Part shown: piece after piece, positions 37,900-47,847 of the stretch | Layout of the letters: every line of letters starts with the position of its first letter | Position numbering within the stretch: position 1 is the first letter of the stretch | From: Scenedesmus sp. PABB004 | Lineage: Eukaryota | Assembly (NCBI GenBank): GCA_014905635.1 | Contig: JABVCE010000020.1 | Span: 62,001-126,000 of the forward strand | Direction of reading: 5' to 3' | Length of the DNA: 64,000 bases | Position numbers and translations under genes: made by a program | Notes under the pieces: model-generated | Told to the model about the DNA's origin: nothing | The model's database searches: none | The model's input: the letters and a program-made list of their open reading frames with translations, nothing else

Positions 37900-40505
37900 A
37901 TGGCTTCACTCCGTGATGTCGCTCCGGCTCCGGCAGCGCTCGCACTGGCGGCGGCGCTGGCGCTGCTGCTCGCGGCCGCCCCGGCCGGCGGCGCGGCGGC
38001 GTGCGGGCCGCGGCGCGGCCTGCTGGCGGACGGGGGCGGCCCGCGCAGCCTGCTGGCTGCCAGCTCTGTGCCCTCCGGGCACTGCCCGCCTGGCCACGGC
38101 TGGTCCGACCACCACCACGGCCACTACGAGCCGTGCAAGCGCGGCACCTGGTCGGCGGGCGGGCCGGACGCCGTGTGCCAGCCCTGCCCCAAGGGCTACA
38201 CCACTCCCGGCCCGGGTGCAACGTCGCCGGCGGCCTGCACCGACTGCCGGGCCGGCTACGGCCGCCCGCCCGGCAGCCGCGTGCCCGTCTGCGAGCCCTG
38301 CCCGACCGGCACGTGGCGCTCCGCCAAGCCGGGGGCCGGCCTCAAGCTGTGCCACCCGTGCCCGCCGCTGACGACGACGCCAGGCCCTGGCTCCAAGACC
38401 GCGGCCGCGTGCAACGAGACCGTCCCCACCCCCACGCCCGACCAGGAGTCGGTGCTGCTGCGCGGCCTGGCGGAGCTGGGCCTGCCGGCCGACAATGCGT
38501 ACGTCGTGTCCTGGCGCCGCGGCACCGACAAGTGCACCTGGAAGGGCGTGGCGTGCTCGTCCACCACGCCGCGCGTGGTCACCGGCATTGGCATGGCCCC
38601 TCACCAGCAGCCGACGGGTCGCCTGCCGCGCGCGTGGGGCGAGCTCGGCTCGCTGCAGAAGCTGGGCATGTACTTTGTTGGCCGCGCCAACTTCAGCGAC
38701 GCGTCGTGGCCGCAGTCGTGGCGCAACCTCACCCGCCTGAGGTCGCTTGAGCTCATCAACACAGGCGTGACTGGCACGCTGTCGCTGGCGATGCTGCCGC
38801 CAAACGTGGAGGGCGTGCGGCTCCTGGGCACCCACTTCACCACCCTGGCCGACGACGTGGCGCCCGGCGCGCTGCCCCCGCTGGTTCAGCTGACCATACA
38901 GCAAGACCCGCCATGGCTGATCCGGGGGACGCTGCCGGCGTCGTGGGGCGCGCTCACCGCGCTGGAGACGCTGTCCCTGGACCTGGCGCTCACGTCCGGC
39001 GCGCCCCTGCCCGACTGGCGCGGCATGGTGAGCCTCACGGGGCTGAGGCTCAAGGTGAATGACCAGGGCCTGACCGGCCCGCTGTCGCTGGCGTCGCTGC
39101 CGCGGAGCGTGGAGAATGTGCAGCTTCTGGGCGCCCGCTTCACCTCCCTGGCCGACGACGTGGCGCCGGGCGCGCTGCCCGCGCTGGTCCAGCTGGAAAT
39201 ACAGCAGGACCCGCCACACCTCATCGCCGGCCCGCTGCCGGCGTCGTGGGGCGCGCTCACCGCGCTGAAGCTGCTGGACCTCCACGGCCAGGCGCTGACC
39301 GGCCCGCTGCCCGGCGCGTGGTCCGGCATGGCCGCGATGCATGACCTCACCCTGGCCGGCAACGCGCTGACCGGGCCCCTGCCTGTCGCCTGGGCCGGCA
39401 TGGCCAAGCTCTCAAACCTGGCCCTGGGGTACAACGCCCTCACCGGCAACGTCCCTGCGGCCTGGCTTGGCATGCCGGCGCTGACGTCTCTGAACCTGCA
39501 GAACAACGCGCTGTCGGGGCCGCTGCCCGCCGCCAAGGTGCCCGCCAAGCTGCAGTCCCTGGCCCTCAGCCACAACCAGGTGCGCTGCGTCGCCTGGCAA
39601 GGCGGCAGCACAACTTGTGCTGCTTGGACGCGCCCCATGCGGGCACCGCTGGCTGCAGGAGGCGCGCGAGCGCACGTCCGTGTGTGTAGACGACCCAGCG
39701 CCGCCGCCGCCGCCGCCACCCCGCAGCTGACGGGCCCCATCGACGGCTGGGCGGGGTGGACCACTGGCAGCTCAGATTGGCAATGCCACGGTCGCGCGCT
39801 GTCCTTGGCCCACAACCAGCTCACCGGCCCGCTGCCCGAGGCCCCAGGGAGCTGGTTCTTTGTCGACCTGACGGGCAACGCCCTCACCTCCACGCTGCCG
39901 GCCGCCTGGGCGCAGTGGACGGTCGACAATGGTGGGCGCAGTGCGCTGCAGCCGCTGCTGGCGGCCGGGCGCGCGGCGCGTGGGGCGTGCATAGCCCAGC
40001 CAATCCACAACCCGCTCCCAGCTCACACCTGCTGCCTGCTCATGCAGGCTGCTCTGGCAACATCGTGCTCAACCTCGGCAACAATCAGCTCCGCGGCCCG
40101 CTGCCGCCGGAGTGGGCCACCTGGCCAGTGCCTCCTGCCAAGTCAGCACTTAACGTCCTCAACCTCACCGGCAACCTGCTCGGTGCGACGCTGCCGCCCG
40201 AGTGGAGCAGCACGTACCTGCAGTTTGTGGACATGAGCTACTGCGACCTGCGCGGCGAGTTTCCGTCGAGCTGGGCGGCGCTCAAGAATTTTGAAAAGCT
40301 GGCCATCAACGACAATGCACGGCTCTCGGGCTGCCTGCCGCCCGCGTGGCTCGAGCGCGAAACGTTCCTGCTGGTGCACCCGCGCGTGTGCGAGGAGCCA
40401 GGAGGCTGCACCACGACATGGCCTATGAGCGCGCTGGAGAGCGGCACGCCGCTCGACCCGGACCCGCTGCGCAACACCAACATCACGGGCCTGTGCGCGC
40501 CGTAG
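37900..40505 (+). CDS. Secreted leucine-rich-repeat protein: signal peptide, Cys-rich GCC2/GCC3 (ephrin-receptor-like) repeats, LRRNT cap and plant-type LRRs
   Basis: Hydrophobic signal ALALAAALALLLAAA; CxPCPxGxxTPGPGxTSxAAC repeats; SW...DKCTWKGVAC cap; LxLxxNxLTGPLPxxW repeats. Introns 39580-39726 and 39932-40047. No TM helix or kinase domain before the stop. Confidence 0.85.
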
Positions 40506-40660
40506 CCGCCGCCGCTCATTGAGCAGGGGGCGTGCACGTCCCGTCCGTGTTGCTGCACCCAGCGCAGTCCAGCGGGCAGACGGTGGGAGGGTGCTGGCAG
40601 CGGTGCCGCTGCGGCCGCGCACGCCAAGTCAGCGCTGGAGGCATCGACGACGTGTTGCGA

Positions 40661-40705
40661 CGCGAATCCGCCCATTTCATTCGCGAATCCGCCCATTTCA
40701 TTCGC
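40661..40705. repeat. 21-bp direct tandem repeat (CGCGAATCCGCCCATTTCATT) x2
   Basis: Exact copies at 40661-40681 and 40682-40702. Confidence 0.85.
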
Positions 40706-41654
40706 TAAGCTGACCGCGCGGCGGCCGCGCGCGCTTGCTCCCTGCTTGGTGCGATGCGCGCGGCCGGCCAGCAGGTTGCACGCGCACAGGCACGGGTGCA
40801 TCAATGCGCCCCCTGAAGCCTTGGGAGAAGGGGTTTCAACACGGGGCTGCCCCACAAGCAAGGCACGCGACGCCGCGAGAGGCGCGGCCCCGCCGGGTTT
40901 GGACCTTGGTCTCCGTGAGCAGCTTGCTGGGTGGTGCGCACCAGGGGCGCGGCGCGGCGTCGCCGCGCTGCTCGTGGGATGGGGCGGCAGCTGCACTGAC
41001 CTTGGGATGTGGGGTGGGCGGGGCACGCCGGCTGCTGTGCGCTCGCGCGACTGCCGGGGCGCCGACGACAGGGCAAGGGGCGCCGCTGGCTGCGCGCGTG
41101 TGGTCGCGTCCGCTGCTGGCGCGGGCATTCACCAACTCGCGCGTGGGGCGCTGCGCATCCGGGACTGAGCTTGGGTTGGACTGATTTGAGTGCTTTGAGT
41201 GCGGCGCACGTTGCCGCTTGACGCTTGTACAGAGGCGGCTCCTGCCAAGCCCGTGGCCGCCAACCCAAACGCATGCACTCACCGGCCTCGCGTGGGGCCG
41301 CTGGCATCCAAACAAGCTTTGATGGACGCTGCTGCGCAGCGGGGGCAGGTGGCGTAAACGTTGTGGTGCGCGGCGGTGGCCGCGGCGGCTGCTCCGGGGG
41401 TGCCGCGCAGCGAATGAGCGGGGGCCAGCCCAGCAGGCGCCGGGCAGGCGCGGCGAGCTGCACGGCCTGCAATTACAGTGCCACTGGCGCCAGGCGCTCT
41501 CCCCGCTCCCGCTGCCGGCTCGCCCTGTGGAGGGCAGGCGGCCGTCAGGGGCCGCCCGATCCCGTCCGCTCCACTTCCTCCCGCTCCGCAGCGGGGCCAG
41601 CCGCTGCGGCCGCCGCTGCGGCAGCTGCTGCTGGCGCTGGCGCTGCCGCCGCTG

Positions 41655-42278
41655 CTACCGGAAGCCGTGCCGCCGGAACATGCGGGAGACAAACTGCGGC
41701 GGCGGCGGCGGTGGGCAGTGTCGGCGCGGCTCCTCAGCGCACCGCGGCAGGGCACGGCCGCCGCGCCCCCGCCAGCAGGGCCCACCTCGAGCCGCCGCCC
41801 GAGCTCCGCGCGCGCGCTGCTGGCCTTGGTCTGCGGGCACGCGGCGGCGGCAATGCACGGCGCGGCGGGGCGTCAGAAGGCCGCGGGCGGCGGCGCGCGC
41901 ACGCCGCTCAACCGCGAGTCCCGCCCTGCCCCGCCAGCGGGCGCTGCCCGCGGCCGCGCGGCGCTCACCGCCGTCTGCAGGCACAGGATGGCCGCCGTCG
42001 CCTGGCGCTGGCACGCGGTGTCGGCGTCCAGCAGGCCCTGCCGCTGCGCGGCGCGCGGGCGGGGCGCGCGGCGGCCGCGGCGGCGGGGCGCGTGAGGCGC
42101 GGCGGCGGCGGCGGCGCGGCAGGGGCAGCGCCCGCGGCGGCGGTGGCGGCGACAGCGGCTGCAGCAGCAGCCGCACCATCATGCAGTCCATCAAGACTTT
42201 GATCTCGTCGGTGCACTCCAGCCGCTTGCTGGTCAGGGTCTTGGCGAGCTTGGAGAGGTCGGGCGCCCGGCCGCCCAT
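41655..42278 (-). CDS. Twin-CX9C (CHCH) protein, mitoribosomal mS37/Mrp10-like (86 aa)
   Basis: Four exons give MGGRAPDLSKLAKTLTSKRLE-CTDEIKVLMDC-MMRQGLLDADTA-CQRQATAAILC-LQTATKASSARAELGRRLEFVSRMFRRHGFR*: two CX9C motifs and basic termini. Minus-strand TGTAA at 41473-41477. Confidence 0.7.
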   Translation of the reverse strand: MGGRAPDLSKLAKTLTSKRLECTDEIKVLMDCMMVRLLLQPLSPPPPPRALPLPRRRRRRASRAPPPRPPRAPPARRAAAGPAGRRHRVPAPGDGGHPVPADGGERRAAAGSARWRGRAGLAVERRARAAARGLLTPRRAVHCRRRVPADQGQQRARGARAAARGGPCWRGRGGRALPRCAEEPRRHCPPPPPPQFVSRMFRRHGFR

Positions 42279-42312
42279 GGCCGCGGGCGGCGCGGCCGCC
42301 GCCGCGCCGCGC

Positions 42313-42343
<31 letters not shown>

Positions 42344-42763
42344 GGGCGCGACCGCGCGAGTTGCCGGCTGTTCCCCGCGACTAGGCCAGGGGCGGCGGAG
42401 CGTCGCCCAGATCGCCGCGGGGTGCGCGGGGCGCGGGCAATCTGCGCTGGTGGGCGAGGTCCGCAGCCGAGCGTGTGCGTGGTGACAGGAGGGGACAGCC
42501 CACTGGTCGGCGGCTTCGTGCTGGTGGCGGGCGGGCCTGCAGATGCGCGGGCTTAGCGCCAGGGAGGCCAAGAGGTGGGGCTCAGTGCGCTCGCTGCTGC
42601 TGCGGCGCAGCCAGCGCCGCAGGCACATTTCGACGGCTCCAGTCGCGACCCGCAGCCCCACGCTCGCCACGCAGCTGCGCCCGCCGCCGGCGCAGCGCTC
42701 ACCGCCGCGCGCAACTCGACGCCGCTGCTGCCGCCCGCCCGCGCAGCGCCGTGGCGCGGCCAC

Positions 42764-44324
42764 ATGCAGGCGGCGCCGCCGCCCCCGGCGGGGTCGGAGG
42801 AGCAGGACGCCTGGCTGCGCATCGGCCGGCGCGGCCGCCCGCGGCGCACGCCGGAGCAGCAGGCGGCGCACCTCGCGGCGCGTGCAGCCGACGCGGCGGC
42901 GGTGCTGCCGCTCGCGCGCTCGCCGGGGCAGCGCAGCCACCTCGCGGCGGCGCTGGCGGCGGCGTCGCCGCCGAGCGACGGCGAGCGCGCGGCGGCGCTC
43001 CAGCTCGCGGCGCTCGCGGCCGCGGCGTCGCCGCCGGCCGCCGGCGCCGGCGGGGCCGCGGCGCTGCCGGGCTGGGGCGGCGCCGCTGCGCCCGAGCGCG
43101 AGTGGCGCGTCGCCGCGGGCAGCCGCGCGAGGCGGCGAGGCCGCGGCGCCGCGGCGCCGGCGACGGCCGAGGAGCGCACGGCAGCGCTCGCGGCGCAGGT
43201 GGCGGAGCTCAGCGCGGCGCTGGCGCGGGAGCCCGTGTTTGCGGCGGTCACCGCCGCGATGCAGCGGGCCGGGTGCGGCGCCGGCCCGCAGCTGCAGGTG
43301 CAGCCGCCGGCGCAGCAGCCGGAGCAGCAGCCGGAGCAGCCGGGGCAGCCAGAACAGCCGGAGCAGCCGGCCTGGGACTGGGGGCGCGTGCGGCAGCTGG
43401 TTGTGTACGGCCTGGGCTCGCCCGAAGACAGCAAGGTCTCACGCCACCAGGTGCGCCCGGCCAGGGCCGCGCCCGGCGGCGCGCGCGCGGCCGCGGCCGC
43501 ACGCGCGTTGGCCCGCGGCGCCCCAGCGCCCCGCCCGCGCCCCGCCGCCCGCTGCGCGCGCGGGCAGCTCGCGCTGGTGCTGCTGCTGCGGGGGCTGCTG
43601 CCGGGGCTGGCCGGGGCGCCGGCGCTGTACGACCCCGCCTTCACCCCCGCCGACGAGGCGCTGCTGGCCGCGCTGGGCCTGGAGGTGATCCCGACCAACG
43701 AGCAGGGCCGGCGGCCGGTGGGCGGCACGCCGACGCTCTTCTATCTACCCCACTGCGAGGTGTGCGGGTGTGGGTGTGTGGTGGTGTGTGGGTGTGGTGG
43801 TGTGCGGGAGGAGGGCTGCGCAAGCGCAGGGTGCTGCGCGCGCGCAAGCGGCCCGGCCGCCGGCCCACGCCGCCGCCGCGCCGCGCAGGGCGCGCTGTGC
43901 GACGCGCTGCTGCGGTCCAACTGCGCGCCGCACGAGCAGCTCGGGCGGCTGGCGGTGCTGGGGAACAGCTTCGCCACCTACGCCGCACGCTGGGCCGCGC
44001 CCGGCGCGCGGCCCGCCGCGACGCGGCCAGGCGTGCTGCTCGCGCTAGTGGACGCGGGTGCGGCGGCGCCGCGGCGCGCCGCCGCGCGGGGCTCGCAGCA
44101 ACGGCCCTGACACGCGCGGCTGTCGACCTGACCTGTGCCCGCGGCGCCCGGCAGGCGCGGTGCGGGAGCTGGCGGTGCCCGACCGGGACTACCACGTCCT
44201 GGCGGCCTTCAACGACATGGCCCTGCACACGTTTGACGCGCAGCGCGCGGCGCCGGTCGCGGCCGCGGCCGCGGCGGCAGAGGCGGCGGCTGTGGCGGCC
44301 GCCGAGCCCGGCGACGGCAGCTAG
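42764..44324 (+). CDS. SRR1: SRR1 (Sensitivity to Red light Reduced 1) domain protein
   Basis: LVVYGLGS...SRHQLAL, LYDPAF...L..LG, NEQGRR, TLFYLPHCE..LCDALL, AVLGNSF and AFNDMALHTF. Confidence 0.85.
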
Positions 44325-44369
44325 CGCGTGCGCTCGCGTCGCCACGGCGTTAATCGACGCTCCCCGGCA

Positions 44370-45532
44370 TCAGCCGTCCGCCGCGCCCGGCGCCCCCCTC
44401 CGCCGCCTGGCAGCAGGCGCACGAGCGCGGCCAGCCCCCGCTCGCGGGCGGGGTCGAACGCGCCGCGCAGGCCCTCCAGGCGCCCCAGGGACGCCTTGAG
44501 CGCCTGCAGACGCGCCACCGCCTCCACTACGGCCGGCTCCTGCGCGCGCGCAGAGCCGGGCGGCCGGCGGCAGCGGGGGCGCCGTGGGCAGCGCGCGCTC
44601 TCTGCCGTGCGGACGCCGGGCGCGGCCCGGGGGTTGCCCGCGCACCTTGTTGCCCAGCCCCTGGCCCTGCTTGAGCTGCCGCACCGCGTCCGCCTGCGCG
44701 CGGACCGCGTCCGCCGCCGCCTGCAGCGCCTGCGCCGTCGGCAGCTCCCCGGGCGGCACTGCGGGCCAGCCCGGCACGCCCAGGCGGCCGTCGTCGTGGC
44801 GCCAGGCGTCAAACAGCAGCGCCGCGCCCAGCGGTTCATCTGGCGCAGCGCGCGGGGCGCGGGGACGACGTGGGCGGGTGCGGGCGTCAGGCGCGCCCTG
44901 GTCGCGTGCCGCGCACGCTCACCGTTTGGCGCGCAGACCGGGCAGACCAGCAGCTGCGGCACCGTCAGCCCCGCGCTGTCCGCGCCCGGCGGCAGCGGCC
45001 ACGCCACGTCGTGCAGCAACGCGCAGCCGCCGGCCGGCGGCGCGGCCTGCGGCTGCGGCTGCGTCGTCGACGGCGGCGCCGGCGGCGCCGGCGGCGCCTG
45101 CGCCGCGCGCTGCAGCGCGTCCGCGACCGCCGCCGGCAGCACGAGCTGCTGCAGCGCGGCGCGCCCGGCGACCGCCGCGCCCCCGAGCGCGCTGAGCGCG
45201 GCGCCGTTGGCGAACAGCACCGGCGCCACCGGTGTGGCGGCGCCGTCTGCAGCGCGCGGGTGGCCCAGCAGCAGCAGCGCGAGGTCGGCGGCGTCCACGG
45301 CGTCGACGGCTGCGAGCAGCTTTGCCGGCGGCACCAGGCCCCTGCCCAGGCGGCGCCGCAGGTTCTCGCTCGCCAGCAGGACCATGCTCAGCTCCTGGGC
45401 CTCCTGCTGATGTGGCTGCTGCTGCTGCGTGGCGGCGGCGACCGCGCGGCGCCGCAGGCGCGCGGCCGCCGGAGCAGGCTGCGGACGCGCCGCGCCGGCG
45501 GCGGCCCGGCCGCCGCGCAGCGGCGCCTGCAT
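44370..45532 (-). CDS. MEKHLA (PAS-like) domain plus WHEP-TRS-like domain protein with a transit-peptide-like N-terminus
   Basis: MEKHLA-like: DAADLALLLLGH...VLFANGAALSALG...LVCPVCAPNDEPLGAALLFDAW. WHEP-like: AVRAQADAVRQLKQGQGLGNKEPAVVEAVARLQALKASL. Three exons. The stop is at 44370 if one base is restored at ~44395; otherwise at 44321. Confidence 0.6.
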
Positions 45533-45792
45533 CTGCTGCCGGCGTGCGTCAACCGCCTGGCCGGCGAGTGGTTGTGAGCCGGGCCTGGCGCGGCTGTGGG
45601 CTGCCGCGCGGCGCGCCGGCAGATCGTGCGCCGTCGCGCCGCTCGCCCGCGCGCCGTCACACGCCCGCGCGCATTCGGCTCCCCCGCCGGCGCTGACCGC
45701 GTGATCCCCGCCCGCGCCGCCGCGTCGCGCCCAATTGCGCGGCGCGATCGTGCCCCAGCAGCGCGCCGGCGGCGCGGAGGCAGCTGTGAGAG

Positions 45793-47218
45793 ATGCTGCT
45801 CGCGGCCTGCGGCCAGCACGCGCGCGCAGCTGCGGCCGGCACCGGCCCTTCGCTCGCGCCCCGGTCCGGCCGTGCGTCCCGGGCCTTCTGTGCGGGCGCG
45901 GCGCCGCCGGCGTGCCGGCGCGGCGGCGGCGGCAGCGGGAGCTCGGGACGCGCGGCGCGCGCCGCGCGGCGCGAGCTCCTCTCGGCGGCGCTGCTGCCCC
46001 GCCTCGCCGCCGGCCGCGGGTCGGGCGTGGTGGCCATGGCGGCGGCGGACGGCGGCGAGCGGGACCTGCTGATCGTGGGCCCGGGCGTGCTGGGCAGCTA
46101 TCTGGGCGTCCTCTGGCGCGAGGCCTTCCCCGGCGCGGCCGTCACGGCGCAGACCAACAGCGACGCCAACCACGAGCGGTGCGGTGCGCCGCGCCCGCCG
46201 GCCGCCCGCCCGCGCGCCGCGCCGCGCAGCGCCGCGCGGCCCCCGCGCCGCGCGCCGAGGGCTCGCTCTCCGCCCGCCTGCCCGGTGCGGCGCGGCGCGG
46301 CGCAGGCTGCGCAAGATGGGCCTGTCCCCCGTGACGCGCGACGGCGTGCCGCCGGGCAAGACCTTCCCGTACGTGCTCTTTTCCGCGCCGCCCAGCGGCA
46401 GCGAGGACTACCCCGCAGCGGTGCGGCCCTGGGGGGCATGCCGCTGGGGACGCAGCGAGGGGCGGGCGAGGGGGAGGGCGCGCTCGGAGAACGGCCGTGG
46501 GGCGCGCGGCGCGCGGCGCGTGCGGCAGCCGGCGAAGGCGGAGGCGCGCCACCGCCCAAACCGCCGCCGCCGCCGCGCCGGCGCGCAGGTCGCGGCCGCG
46601 GCGGCGCAGTGGGACGGGCGCGGGTCGTTTGTGTTCACGTCGTCGATGTCGGTCTGCGCGACCAACGACGGCGGCGCGGTCGGCGAGGACTGCCCGCTCG
46701 TCCCCGCCGGCGCGGCGCCGTCGACGGACCGCCTGCTGGGCGCTGAGGCCGCCGCGCTGTCGGCGGGCGGCAACGTGCTGCGCCTGGTCGGGCTGTACCA
46801 CGCGGGGCGGGGCCCGCACACGTTTTTCATGCGCCAGGGCGAGGTCGCGCGGTACGGCGGCTACGTGGTCAACATGATTCACTACGAGGACGCGGCGCGC
46901 CTCGCGCTCGCGATCCTGCGCGGCGACGGCGAGGCGGGCGGGAGCGGCGCGGGCTACCGGGGGCAGGTCTTCGTCGGCACCGACGGCCACCCGCTCACGT
47001 TTGAGGACATGGTCGCCGCATGCGCGCAGAGCGGGCTCTTCCCGGGGGCCGCGCCCGTCACGTTCACGGGCGGGCCCGAGGGCGGCGTGGGCAAGCGCGT
47101 GAGCAACGATGCGACGCGCGCGCGGCTCGGCGGCTGGGCGCCGCGGCACGCGAGCTTCCGTGACTTTTTCATCGCTGGGCGCGGCGCCGACTACTACGCC
47201 CAGAGCGGCCTGTTCTGA
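45793..47218 (+). CDS. Atypical short-chain dehydrogenase / NAD(P)-binding Rossmann-fold protein, probably plastidic
   Basis: DLLIVGPGVLG, FPYVLFSAPPSGSEDY, WDGRGSFVFTSS, VLRLVGLYHAGRGPH, VNMIHYEDAA and GKRVSNDATR; transit-like N-terminus. Confidence 0.8.
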
Positions 47219-47847
47219 GGGCGTGCGGAGGGAGGGCGCGCGCGAGAGAGGGAGCGGACCGAGTGCCGGGGCGCGGGCGTGACGGCGGTGGAACCCGCGG
47301 CCCCGCGGCTCGCTGGCCGTCGCCGCCGCCCCTTCCAGGCGTGCCGCCTCGCCGCCCTCACCGCTCGCGACGCCGGCAGGGGCGCAGGGAGCCCCGCGCG
47401 CAGCGCGCCGCGCCTCCGCAGCAGCGTCAGCGCCGCCGCCCGCCGCCACCCGCGCGTGCGCGCCTGGCCGCCCCCTCTGCATCGCGTGGACCTTTCCGGC
47501 TCCCCCGGCATCCGGCGGCCCCCGCCATTCCACAGGCGAGGATCGCAGTGCTCGCGGGATCGAGCGGGCACACGCGCTGCTGCCGCGCTTTAGCCGGTCC
47601 CGTGAGGTGCGGGGCGGTTTCAGCGTCGCGATCAGGCCGTCTTGCGCGCACGACGGCTGCGTTCCGCGATGGCCGGCTGATGCTGCTGCCGGGAACTATT
47701 CCCGCCTCGCGCACTGCGTGCTCGCGACCGCGGGGCGTGATCAACGCGCGCCTGATCAGCGTGCCGGCGCCGCACCGCCGTCACAGGCTCGCCGCCGCGC
47801 CGCGCGCGCTGCTCCGCCGCCAGCCCTCGCGGCGCGGCGGCGGCGCG

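Noticed and set aside
40661..40705. CRISPR-like or transposon-terminal repeat
   Set aside because: There are only two adjacent copies with no spacers, and no cas, transposase or inverted termini are visible. The context is eukaryotic.
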